A stretch of DNA of 63,992 nucleotides, the filler included, from Basidiobolus ranarum (lineage: Eukaryota): the NCBI GenBank assembly GCA_040143965.1. It is 5 parts of 5 records of this genome, joined end to end, with 100 filler letters (N's around TTAATTAATTAA, not from the genome) between each part and the next. Parts side by side here need not be neighbours in the genome. Positions count along the whole stretch, not along the records: positions 39,076 to 51,978 come from JASJQH010000515.1; 4 more parts are not named here. One strand, given 5' to 3'. A program made the position numbers and the translations under genes. The notes beneath the pieces were generated by a model. That model was not told where the DNA came from and did no database searches. It saw only the letters and a program-made list of their open reading frames with translations. Shown piece after piece: positions 39,813-51,160 of this stretch (the stretch's first letter is position 1; each line of letters starts with the position of its first letter).

Positions 39813-40703
39813 GCTGTTGGAGTGAAGAATGAAAATGAGAATGAATGAAGAATTAAGTAGTAGGAAGATTGGAATGCTGATTTACTTTTCTTTTTCTTTA
39901 TTCATAATATCTCAGCCAAGGTCCACTCTGTGCTAAAATTAGCCTCAGCCAAGAGGGTAGCATTAAGTAATTAGCCTTATTTGGTAAGCGTTTCTTCAGG
40001 AGATTCTGGATACTGATATAACAATGTCGAACCAGTAATTTTATTTCATCTCTACAGTTTTAGTAGATAGCGCTTCAGCATGATGCAAATCTAACCAAAT
40101 ATAGGTGCATTTTCGTATTGACATCAGCTCGAATTATTTCAATATGGCTGTCTTATTGAGAGACATAGGAATTCCTTCCAGCAGTGAACGCTAATTCATT
40201 ACTTCGGTATACGAGCTATTCGTAGTACATTAGAAATACAATTTTGCGTCCTGAAGGATTTAGAGACGAAACTAGCAATAGTTGAACTGGTCTCATAAGG
40301 CATCTTCAATTTCTGTCTTTTCGCACATGTAGACACAAATAGAGAGCAGAGTTCTAGTTTGCTCTTGAACTATCTCCACAAAGTTCATTTCTCCACGATT
40401 TCACAGAACTTAGGAATTAGTTGAAAATAGAGTTACTTTCGGAATAAATATATATGCGAATATTCATTTCAACCTAGTACCCGAAAGATGACTACGTACT
40501 GCAAAAAACTCAATCTTTTTGGATTAAATTTATTCAAATGAAAAAACTGAAATGAAAAGGATATATCCCACTTGTTAGTAAAGTCCATTATAACAAGAGG
40601 AAGGTTACATCAGTACTGAATCATGTGTCAAAAGCTAACGGAGTTGGCCACTCGTGTCACCTTCATAGTCAAGCATACACTTTGTCATCAGACTTTTACT
40701 CCA

Positions 40704-41795
40704 TTAGTATGCTGACTTCCCACCACGTGCGAGAGTAACATGGGTGTCTTTACCTCTATCTTCTTTGCTGTCACCGCCTTTGCCATCAACTCTCTTGCCT
40801 CCATGTCCATTGCCAGAACCGTTGGTGCCGTAGTCTCCTTTACACGATTTTCCATGATGTTTGTCGAACCCCTTAGTACCAGCATTATGGCCTCTCTTGT
40901 TGTCTTTGCCATCTTTCTGTTCATGGCGCCTGCCACTACTGTTTCCACTCGCTTCTTTACCATCTTTATCATCTTTTTTTCCGTGTTTATACCCCACGTC
41001 GTATTTCTTGCTATGAGCGCTTACAACAGTTGCGTGGTTTTCTTTGTGCCATTTTTTTCCATGGTGTTTACCGATATCCTCTACACTGACATCGTAGTTT
41101 TCTTTACGATTACGATCTCCGTGCAGATTATTCTTGCTACCTACTTTGGTTGGATGGTAATCTTTTCTTCCATGATGTTTATGACCACCGCCTACCCCGA
41201 AATTATAATCAACTTTCCCATCATTGACCCCTTTCCCTTCATGGATTTTTCTGTGGTCATTTTTACCAGTCTCATCGTGCCTGTTACCTCTACCGCTTTT
41301 ACCATCTTTGGATCCATGTCCGCTTAAGCGAAGCGCCGATTTACTATCATAGCCTTTCTTGACTCCATAATCTTTGTCAGCACCGCCTTTTCCTGCTGAG
41401 TGACTTCCATCCTTACCATCCTTGCCTCCTCTACTATGACTATTCTTGCCACTTCCTGCTCCTAAATTATATGCTCTTTTTGTGATATGTCTTCCGTTGC
41501 CATGCCCTAGTCGAGATTTGTCACACTGTATCTCGTCACATCTTAAGCCGAGGATGTTAGCACTCTGGACTAAGGTTTTGCAATCATGCCTGATAGGTCG
41601 AAAGATGTCAATGTGGAGTCTCCTTATATCAATGTGTCCACAAGCTCTTATGTCCAAGCTTATGCCATAGACCTTCAACTTGGTAACAACGCCTTGGCAA
41701 TACTTGTGATATGCATTTGAATCCAGAATGTTAACACTGGCCACTAGTGTGAGAACTGAGAATGTCAATAATGAATTCAAGGCAAAAAACTTCAT
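40704..41795 (-). CDS. His/Gly/Lys-rich secreted repeat protein, array copy 2 (363 aa)
   Basis: Complete ORF; signal peptide, Cys domain, TKRAYN, G/H/K/D-rich tail. TATAAAG upstream at ~41895. Confidence 0.85.
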   Translation of the reverse strand: MKFFALNSLLTFSVLTLVASVNILDSNAYHKYCQGVVTKLKVYGISLDIRACGHIDIRRLHIDIFRPIRHDCKTLVQSANILGLRCDEIQCDKSRLGHGNGRHITKRAYNLGAGSGKNSHSRGGKDGKDGSHSAGKGGADKDYGVKKGYDSKSALRLSGHGSKDGKSGRGNRHDETGKNDHRKIHEGKGVNDGKVDYNFGVGGGHKHHGRKDYHPTKVGSKNNLHGDRNRKENYDVSVEDIGKHHGKKWHKENHATVVSAHSKKYDVGYKHGKKDDKDGKEASGNSSGRRHEQKDGKDNKRGHNAGTKGFDKHHGKSCKGDYGTNGSGNGHGGKRVDGKGGDSKEDRGKDTHVTLARGGKSAY

Positions 41796-42014
41796 GCTGT
41801 TGAAGTGAAGAATGAAAATGAGAATGAATGAAGAATTAAGTAGTAGGAAGATTGGAATGCTGATTTACTTTTCTTTCGAGAAAACACAAGTGCCTTTATA
41901 CTCTTACTCTACAGTGCATCATTTACACCTGAACCACATTCTCTTTGAATATCAGTGAATCTCTACTCTTCGTAAGTACAAATTCATAATATCTCAGCCA
42001 AGGTACACTGTGTG

Positions 42015-42073
42015 CTAAATTTAGCCTCAGCCAACAGGGTAGTCCTCGATAAAATTAGACTAGCCTTATTTGG
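42015..42073. promoter_or_regulatory. MEF2/Rlm1-type CTA(A/T)4TAG and CArG CC(A/T)6GG boxes upstream of copy 2 (also 39933/39975, 44111/44153; CArG alone at 48813 and 50083)
   Basis: Exact consensus matches CTAAATTTAG and CCTTATTTGG. The CArG sits ~260-270 bp from the ATG in copies 2, 3 and 5. Confidence 0.5.
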
Positions 42074-42873
42074 TAAGCGTTTCTTCAGGAGATCCTGGAT
42101 ACTGATATAGCAATGCCAAACCAGCAATTTTGTTAGATATTTACAGTTTTGGCGGATAATGTTTCCGGATGATGCAAATTTAACCAGACGTAGTATATTT
42201 TCGATTTGATAGCAACCCAAATGATTGCAATATAGCTGTCTTATAGAGAGGCCTAGTGATGCTTTCTAGCAATGAATGCAAATTCATTACTTCGATATAT
42301 GAACTATTTATAATACATTAGAAATGTTTATTATGTCTTGGGACCTATGCCTTAGGTTGGTAACCAATAAAAGACTTCTTGGTGATACTTGCTATACGAC
42401 TTTGCGTCCTGAAGGTTATAGAGATAAAACTGGTATTAGTAGAACCGCTCGTGGAAGTCTTCTCCAATTCCTGTCTATTTCGCGCATTCAGACGCAAATT
42501 AAGAGCATAGTTCGTTTACTCTTGAACTATCTGCACCAAGTCTATTTCTTGACAATTTCCCAGAATTTTGAAATTAGTTGAATATAGAGTTACTTCCGCA
42601 ATAACTATATATGCGAATACCCATTTCAAACTATCGAACAAGCAGTGCCTGAGAGATGACTGCGTACTGCATAAAACTAAATCTTTTTAGATTGTGTTTA
42701 TTCAAATAAAAACTTAAATAAGTAGGATATATCCCTCACATGTTAGTATAATATATTATAACAAGATCAAGGTTACATCACTACTAAATTCTGTTTCAAC
42801 AGTTAGAGGAGTTGACCACACATGTCACCTTCATAGTTGAGCACATACATTTTGTCAACAGGCTTTTACTCCA

Positions 42874-43896
42874 TTAGTATGCCGACTTCCCGCTGCGTGC
42901 GGGTGTGACATGAGTGTCTTTGCCTCTATCTCCTTTGCCGTCACCGCCTTTGCCATCTACTCTCTTGCCTCCATGTCCATTGCCAGCACCGTTGGAGCCG
43001 TAGTCTTCTTTGCTTGATTTTCCATGATGTTTGTCAAGCCCCTTAGTGCCAGCATTGTGGCCTCTCTTGTTGTCTTTGCCATCCTTCTGTTCATGGGGCC
43101 TTTCACTACCATTTTCATGAGCTTCTTTACCATCTTTATCACTCTTTCTTCCGTATTTATGCCCAACATCATATTTCTTACTATGACTGTTTACACTAGT
43201 TGTGTGGTTTTCCTTGTGCCATTTTCTTCCATGATGTTTACGGACATCACCTACACTGACGTCGTAGTTTTCTTTGCGATTACGGTCACCGTGCAGTTTA
43301 TTACTATTATCAGCTTCAGTTGAATGGCTATTCTTTCTTCCATGATGTGTTTTGCCATCATGCACTCCAAAATGATAATTGTCTTTACCATTATTGTCCC
43401 CTTTCCCCTCATGGATTTTCCTGTGATTGTCTTTGCCATCCTTGGATCCATGTCCTTTTAGGCCAGGTGCCGCTTTTCTGTCGTAACTACCCTTCACTCC
43501 ATGATCTTTGTCAGCACCGTCTTTACCTCCTCTACGATGGCTAGTTTTGCCACCTCCTGCTCCTACATCATAACCCCTTTTTTTGATATGCCCTCCATTA
43601 CTATGTCCTAGTCGAGATTTGATACACTGCTTCTCATCGCACCTTAAGCCGAGAATGTTAGCACTCTGGACTAAGGTTTTGCAATCATGCCTGATAGGTC
43701 GAGAGATGTCGATGTGGAGTCTCCTTATATCAATGTGTCCACAAGCTCTTATGTCCAAGCTTATGCCATAGACCTTCAACTCGGTAACAACGCCTTGGCA
43801 ATACTTGCGATATGCATTTGAATCTGGAATGTTAACACTGGCCACTAGCGTGAGAACAGAGAATGTCACCAATGATTTCAATGCAAAAATCTTCAT
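42874..43896 (-). CDS. His/Gly/Lys-rich secreted repeat protein, array copy 3 (340 aa)
   Basis: ATG at 43896 (MKIFALKS), same architecture, KKRGYD. Confidence 0.85.
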   Translation of the reverse strand: MKIFALKSLVTFSVLTLVASVNIPDSNAYRKYCQGVVTELKVYGISLDIRACGHIDIRRLHIDISRPIRHDCKTLVQSANILGLRCDEKQCIKSRLGHSNGGHIKKRGYDVGAGGGKTSHRRGGKDGADKDHGVKGSYDRKAAPGLKGHGSKDGKDNHRKIHEGKGDNNGKDNYHFGVHDGKTHHGRKNSHSTEADNSNKLHGDRNRKENYDVSVGDVRKHHGRKWHKENHTTSVNSHSKKYDVGHKYGRKSDKDGKEAHENGSERPHEQKDGKDNKRGHNAGTKGLDKHHGKSSKEDYGSNGAGNGHGGKRVDGKGGDGKGDRGKDTHVTPARSGKSAY

Positions 43897-45001
43897 GCCG
43901 ATGAAGTAAGAAATGAAAATGAATTGAGAAAGAAAGTAGTTGAAGGATTGCAATGCTGATTTACTTTTCTTTCATGAAAATACATGCCCTTTTATACTCT
44001 TACTCTACCGCGAATTGTTTACACCTGAGCCACGCTATCCCTTGAAATCAGTATATTTCTACTCTTCATAGGTACAAACTAATAATATCTCAGCCAAGGT
44101 ACGCTCTGTGCTAAAATTAGCCTCAGCCAAAAGGGTAGCATTAAGTAATTAGCCTTATTTGGTAAGTGTTTAGTCAGGAGATCCTGGATACTGATATAAC
44201 AATGCCAAACCAGTAATTTCATTAGATATTTACAGTCTTAGCAGGAAATGCTTTAGGATAATGCAAATATAACCAAATATAAGTGCATTTTCGTTTTGAT
44301 ATCAACTCCAACCATTTTAAGATGACTGTCATATTGAGAGGTTCAACTATGCCTTCTAGTAGTGAATGCCAATTCCTTCCTCCGGTTTACTAGCTATTTA
44401 TAGTATATTGGAAATATTTATTATGTCTTGGGCCATATGCCGTAAGTTGGTAACCAATGAAAGACTCCTCGGTGATACTCGCTATACAACTCTGCGTCGT
44501 AAAAGTTTTAGAGATAAATTTAGCATTAGTTGAACTTTTCTCGTACATTTTCTCCAATTTCGGTCTGTTTCACACATGCAGACACAAATAGAGAGCATGT
44601 ATCGTGGTTAATTTTGACCAACTCCACAAAGTTCATTTCTTAAGAGTTTCAGCAATAGTTTTAAATGGCCAAACATTACGTATGACCTCGTTTGCAAAGA
44701 ATTCAGATGAAAATAGAGTTACTTCTGATATAAATATACATGCGAATACCCATTTCAAACTATCGAACAAGCAGTGCCTGAGAGATGACTGCGTACTGCA
44801 TAAAACTAAATCTTTTTAGATTATATTTATTCAAATGTAAAAACTGAAATGAGTAGAATATATCCCCCACTTGTTAGTATAATGCATTATAACAAGATCA
44901 AGGTTACATCACTACTAAATTCTGTTTCAACAGTTAGCGGAGTTGGGCACTCGCGTCACTTTCATAGTCAAGTACATGCATTTTGTCATTAGGCTTTTAC
45001 A

Positions 45002-45494
45002 CTATTGGTATGCCGGCTTCCCGCTGCGTGCGGGAGTGACATGAGTGACTTTGCCTCTATCTTCTTTGCCGTCACCGCCTTTGCCATCTATTCTCTTGCC
45101 TCCATGTCCATTGCCAGAACCGTTGGTGCCGTTGTCTCCTTTACTCGATTTTTCATGATGTTTATCGAACCCCTTAGTGCTAGCATTGTGGTCTCTCTTA
45201 TTATCTTTGCTATCCTTCTGTTCGTGGCGCCTGCCAATTACCGTCTCCACTTTACCACCTTTTCTTCCGTGTTTATGCCCCACATCGTGTTTCTTGCTAT
45301 GACTGCTTACACCAGTTGCGTGGTTTTCTTTGTGCCATTTTTTTCCATGGTATTTACGGACATCCCCTACACTTCAGCTCGGAAACAACACCTTGGCAAT
45401 ACTTGCGATATGCATTTGAATCTGGAATGTTAACGCTGGCCACTAGCGTGAGAACAGAGAATGTCACCAATGATTTCGATGCATAAATCTTCAT
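45002..45494 (-). pseudogene. Array copy 4, inactivated by a ~518-bp frameshifting internal deletion
   Basis: MKIYASKS...YCQGVVSELK joins directly to tail sequence (GAAG|TGTAGG) and hits TAA. The 3' part matches the tails of copies 2 and 3. Confidence 0.85.
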
Positions 45495-46520
45495 GCCGAT
45501 GAAGTACGAAATGAAAATGAATTGGGAAAGAAAGTAGTTGAAGGATTGAAATGCTGATTTACTTTTCTCTCATGAAAATACAGATGCTTATATACTCTTA
45601 CTCTACAGTAAATCGTATACTTGAATCACGCTATCTTGGAATATCAGTATATTTCTACTCTTCGTAGGTACAAACTAATAATATCGATGCACACCGAACC
45701 AGTGATGAATATATATTTTTATGTATCAGTACGATTACTTTCAACAGCGAGTGGCAGTACTTCTATATATGATCTATCTTTAGTGCGCCAAAAATGAATG
45801 TTGTAGTTCAAGATGACTTAAGTGGTACTTATATTCAATTAAAGCATCTATCACTTCACTGATTTAAACCTTTTATAGCAAGTGTCCTGATGACCGATTT
45901 ACTAAAAATAGTAAGCATATTAAAGCGAGTATATCATATAATATAGGCAATTACGATCCATTGTGTTTCAGAAAACTGGTAAACGAGAACATTATAATTA
46001 AGAGAAATTCAGTGTCAATGAAAGAGTCAATTCATACGTATACATCAATATCGTGGTTATTTGCATATCTTAGCTCAGTGCCTAGTCAAATACGATCCTT
46101 AGAATAGGAATAAACCGTATTTGGAGTTTCTTGGGTTTTGATATTCAGCATCAACTAAAAGCTGTTTTCAGTTATTGTTTCAGCTTCGATATAGTGTGTA
46201 CTGTTACTATTTCAATTCCCATGGAATTCATATTCAGATGAGATTAACTGGCATCTGCATTCCAAAACCATTAAATAATCTACAGGAATGCCCTCAGTAT
46301 GTTTACATACTGATTACAGCTATGATTGTGTAACTGAATCTTCAATTTTTGCTTTTCTTGCTTTATTTAAGAATATATTGCGGCTGGATTAGAGAAACAA
46401 AAGTAGGATATATTTCCTTACTGCTGGAACAATAGATACTCTCAAATTCACGCTTACATAATTACTAAATTCTGCTACTAGTCAACACTCACGTCGCTTT
46501 CTTAGCCAGACGCATAGGCA

Positions 46521-48551
46521 TTAGGGTTTGACTTTTACACCATCAGTACGCTTACGGCCTCCAGTAGTATAGTCAATTTCACCTCTATTCCTTATGCCAC
46601 TGCCAACTTCCCCATTCTTACGATTCTCTCCGTAGCTGCCTTTGTTCGATTTTTCTTCACAATCTTCATCAGTTCCTCCAACACCGGCATTATGATTAAC
46701 TTTTCGCCATTTTCTTCCACGTTCATCATCAGCATCATTATTATCGTGATCACTTGCTTGAGTGTGGTGGACTGATTTATCAGATTTTTGTCCATCGCCT
46801 TTACCTGTACCACTGACACTGACTTTGTAACCTTCTTTTCTCCATTCTCTTCCATGCTTTTCATGCGAATCACCTGCATCGTGGTCTTCGCTACGACTAT
46901 GACCTTCATGCTCTTTATTGAGATTAGATTGTTGACCGTGGCCTTTATCAGCACCATGATCTCCTTTATGCCATTCACCTTCACCAGCAGTGCGGTCTTC
47001 TCTACGACCATGGCCTCCATGCTCTTTATCACTATCCTCTACCCTGGTGACATGGTTACCCCTTCCTCCTTGATGCTTACCGCCACCTCCTACTCCAAAT
47101 CCGTGGTCATCGTTACCAGATTTTCGTCCATAGCCTTTCCTTATACCACTAACACCAGTAGATTGACCCCCCTCTTTTCTCCATTTACTTCCATGGTTTT
47201 CATGCGAATCACTTTCACCAAAATCGTGATCTTCTTTAGGACCATGGCCCCCGTGCTTTTTATCACTATCCCCTTCCCTGGTGGCATGATCACCGCTTCC
47301 TCCTTGATACTTACTGTCACCAAATCCGTAGCCGTCGTTATGATGTTTACCATCAAATACGCGATCGCCATTACCAGATTTTCGTCCATGGTCTTTACCT
47401 GTAGCACTAACACCGGTGTTGTGATCTTTTCTCCATTTTCTTCCATATTTTTCATGCGAATCACCTTCGCCAAAATCATGGCCTTCTCTATGACCATGAC
47501 CATCATGCCCATCATCATGATCACCTACTCGAGTATGGTATACTGCCTTATCAAATTTTTGTTCGTGGTCTTTACGAGCATCGCTAACGCCAGCGCCATG
47601 ACCTCCTTTGTGCCACTCTTTTCCATGGTTTTCATGAGAATCGCCTTCATTACCAGCGCTATGACTTCCTTTGTGCCATTCTTTTCCATGGCCTTCGTGC
47701 TCTCTATCGCGATTAGATTGTCGTCTGTGGCCTTTATCAGCACCATGACCTCCTTTATGCCATTCTTTTCCATGATTTTCATGAGAATCGCCTCCATTAC
47801 CAGCGCCATGACCTCCTTTGTGCCATTCTTTCCCATGGCCTTCATGCTCTTTATCGCGATTAGGTTGTCGTTTGTGGCCTTTACCAGCGCCATAACCTCC
47901 TTGATGCCATTCTTTTCCATGGTTTTCATGAGAATCGCCTCCATTACCATGACTTTTATGCTCACTCTTAGTGCCGCTTTTTCTATCATGATGATCAGCA
48001 CCATCATTTACTCCATAATTATAGCCCCCTTTGCGTTTTCCTACGGCATGACGTTTCTTACCGTGATCTTCGTTAGTTTCACAATCTTCTTTACCACCTT
48101 TAGTTACTTGTCCTTTTGCGTAATGCTTTCCTCGATGATGCTCTCCAGCACTACTTAATTCAGCAGAGTGGCCACTATGTCCACTGTCACTATAATTGTC
48201 CTCCCCTTTGTGGTTGTTATCGCTACCTAATGCTCTTACATCATAGTTCCTTTTTCCGATGCGGTCTCGAGGCTTGTCACATTGTTTTTTGTTACATTTT
48301 AGGCCCAAACTGTTAGCACTCCTGACTAAAGTTTTGCAATCCTGCCTGCTTGGTTGAGTGACGTCGGTGGGGAATTTTCTCAAATTGATGTGATCACAAG
48401 CTCTTATATTCAAGCCTATACCATAGGCTTCCAAGCCGGAAACAACACCTTGGCAATACTGACGGTATGATTTTGAATCGGAAAGGCCTACACCAGACGC
48501 TAGTGTAAGAGCTGAGATTGTCAATAATGATTTCAATGCAAAAGCCTTCAT
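46521..48551 (-). CDS. Long His-rich secreted repeat protein, array copy 5 (676 aa)
   Basis: MKAFALKS signal, conserved 5-Cys domain, GKRNYD, tail with HGKEWH(K/Q)G repeats in a 49-aa dyad. Confidence 0.87.
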   Translation of the reverse strand: MKAFALKSLLTISALTLASGVGLSDSKSYRQYCQGVVSGLEAYGIGLNIRACDHINLRKFPTDVTQPSRQDCKTLVRSANSLGLKCNKKQCDKPRDRIGKRNYDVRALGSDNNHKGEDNYSDSGHSGHSAELSSAGEHHRGKHYAKGQVTKGGKEDCETNEDHGKKRHAVGKRKGGYNYGVNDGADHHDRKSGTKSEHKSHGNGGDSHENHGKEWHQGGYGAGKGHKRQPNRDKEHEGHGKEWHKGGHGAGNGGDSHENHGKEWHKGGHGADKGHRRQSNRDREHEGHGKEWHKGSHSAGNEGDSHENHGKEWHKGGHGAGVSDARKDHEQKFDKAVYHTRVGDHDDGHDGHGHREGHDFGEGDSHEKYGRKWRKDHNTGVSATGKDHGRKSGNGDRVFDGKHHNDGYGFGDSKYQGGSGDHATREGDSDKKHGGHGPKEDHDFGESDSHENHGSKWRKEGGQSTGVSGIRKGYGRKSGNDDHGFGVGGGGKHQGGRGNHVTRVEDSDKEHGGHGRREDRTAGEGEWHKGDHGADKGHGQQSNLNKEHEGHSRSEDHDAGDSHEKHGREWRKEGYKVSVSGTGKGDGQKSDKSVHHTQASDHDNNDADDERGRKWRKVNHNAGVGGTDEDCEEKSNKGSYGENRKNGEVGSGIRNRGEIDYTTGGRKRTDGVKVKP

Positions 48552-50199
48552 CCTGATGAAGTAAATGGGTATAAATGAATACAAAAGTGTAAGTAAATTA
48601 AGGGAATGAATGGAATGTTGATTTACTTTTCATTCGAGAAATATCAAGTGCTTTTATACTCTTATTTTACCATCAGTTGTTTGCATCCAAACCTTGTACT
48701 CCTGAAATCTCGAAAATCTGTGGATATTTACCTTGTGCAGGAATAAACTGATATCTCAGCTGGCGCATTCTACGCTAAGATTACACTCAGCTATGTTGCA
48801 TTGGCTAATTAGCCTTATTTGGTTAGAGTTCGAAACGGAGGAATTGGATACTGATATAGTAATGCCAAACCACCAATCTCATATAAGAGAATACATTTAA
48901 CGACAGCAACAGATAGCATATTTATAAAACCATACTTCAGCGCAATATATCTTTCAGCGAAACCTTATATGAAGATACTTCGCTCAGTTACCCAGTATAA
49001 TGAATCATATCAAATAATGTACAACTCACGTTAGCGTCTACAAATGGATCCACTACAGCAGTGTGTAAAGTCTCAGGAGCAGAGGAGAAAAGAGCACAAA
49101 TACATTTTATATTAAGTGAAAACAAAATTTTAGAGTGTAGCTAACATTGAGTATAAATCATCAACAAGCAACATTCATGGTTGATTTCGTCAGGTGTACA
49201 TTAGTCTCCACTGAAGTGTAGCATTAACGTGCTCGTCAGCTACTTGGTTACTGAGGCAGCTTCTATGCATCATATTTACTTTCACTGTTCTTCTATAGTA
49301 CCGCTTATACCAATATCACAACCATCGTTTCCACCACCTCCTTTAACGTCGTTGTCTTCATTACCTTTCTCACTCCTGCCTTCGTTCATTATATTTTAAG
49401 CCTAAATCAGTATCATTCGAGTTGGATATTGCTATAGCAATGCCTAACCATCAACCTCCTTAAATTTTCATATCTGAGATCAATACTGAATTATTATGCG
49501 TGTCGAACAAAATGGCTAGAGATGAATGTAAGTCACCATTTTCTCATCGGTGTCAAAGCCAACAATTTGTTATAACAGTGAGTGGTAGTTTCACCGTTTC
49601 AATTTATGAGCTATGTATAGTACATTAAAATGGATATTGTGTCTTGGGAGATATTGACCTCCTTTTAGGGGTAATCAAATAAAGCGAAAGTCGATCTTTT
49701 GACATGAACACAAAGACTTTTTCGGATGTGAACTCTAAGGTACTTGTTTCAAGCAATAATTAATCAATATAAAACCACATAGTACAGAAAGCCCAACATC
49801 TACTAGGCTATTTCATTATGCATTGATTTAGCTTCAGTGAATAGAGTGCCATATAACACATTAGGATTCAATCCATCGAGTAAACAATACTCCGGAATAT
49901 AAACAGTAACTGAGGTAATGTAATATATTTATGAGTTTAAATGGTGCCACAATCATAGTACTCACACTCATCTTAATAGACTCAATACTGGCAAAAATTC
50001 GATATTGGATTATCTGCTTAGAGCTGCTTCAATAGCCCCTTTCTACTTCCATTCAGCCAGGAGGATAGTACCAGTATATTAACCTTATTTGGTTAGATTT
50101 CAGCATATACTATCATTCACTAGATATTTGCATCAAAGCTTTCGATACTGAATTATATCAATAGTATCAGCTTTCGATACGGGTAATCTATTTGCCTTC

Positions 50200-50570
50200 C
50201 ATTTGCCGTAATATATTCACCATAGTATGCTCACTTTACCATCTTTGTCACTATCATCATTACCTGCACTAGGTAGATTAACAAATGCTTCTATTTGAGC
50301 CAATCTGTATGGCTGCCACCAACTTCATTACCAGAATCAGTTTTCCTGTCCTTACGCGCCGCTTACTCAAGCAGGGTTATCACCTCAATCATCATTTCGT
50401 TCATTGCCCTTACCACCACCGGATCCAGCGTCGCTACTGTCTTTATCATCACATCCTTTACCGTCCTTTCCTCAATTGTGGTCCCCACCACCGAGTCTAT
50501 TGGCATAACTTCGTTTCCCACTGTTGCCTGGGTAATCTGTAGCATTTCTTCTATCATCGCTAATATTTTC
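50200..50570 (-). pseudogene. Decayed array member
   Basis: Minus frame ...NSGKRSYANRLGGGDHN*GKDGKGCDDKD...*...VNLPSAG with in-frame stops. Upstream remnants of the shared promoter block at 50640-50870. Confidence 0.6.
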
Positions 50571-51160
50571 TTATTGAAATTTAATGCGATCCTTTGGGCC
50601 ACAAACTAAATAAAGTATTTAAAATATTGGACGGGAATACTGATTTATTTTTGTTTCAAAAGATTCCAAATACCTTAATACTCTTAATATGCAATCAATT
50701 GCGTATATCCGAACTTTGCACTCCTGAAATATCCGACATTTATATATTTCTGCCCTTTCAGACGTAAACTAAAAACCCAGCTATGGTGCACTCTGCTAAA
50801 ATTACACTCACTCTTACTTGGTTGTATTTCAGTAAAAATCTGAATACCGCTATGGTAATGCCAAACCACTAATTGCACTTCTACTACGCCGTTGATATTG
50901 TGCTAAACTGTACATAAATATGCACAGTTGTCTGAGTGTTGCTTGCCATAAAAAAAGTGAAGTCAAATATGAAAAACAAAAGATTAATCCCAACTCATGG
51001 TTCTACATATTGTATTGATGCTTGTTCCTACTAAAAAGATTAATCATAGCTTGATTCTGGGATTTTATTTGTGAGAATATCACTATCTTGACTATCAAAA
51101 ACAAATAGTATACACTTTCTTTCTGCTAAAATATTGAATATCAACAAACCACCACATTAG

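Noticed and set aside
46788-48158. 456-aa hydrophobic plus-strand ORF (and similar ORFs at 40740-41327, 43024-43323, 45005-45433, 51255-51680)
   Set aside because: Antisense shadows of the low-complexity His/Gly-rich genes; the minus strand carries the signal peptide and conserved domain.
46521-48551. Fungal RiPP (dikaritin) gene cluster
   Set aside because: Repeats are not uniformly flanked by KR, and no DUF3328/UstYa, tyrosinase or transporter gene is visible nearby.
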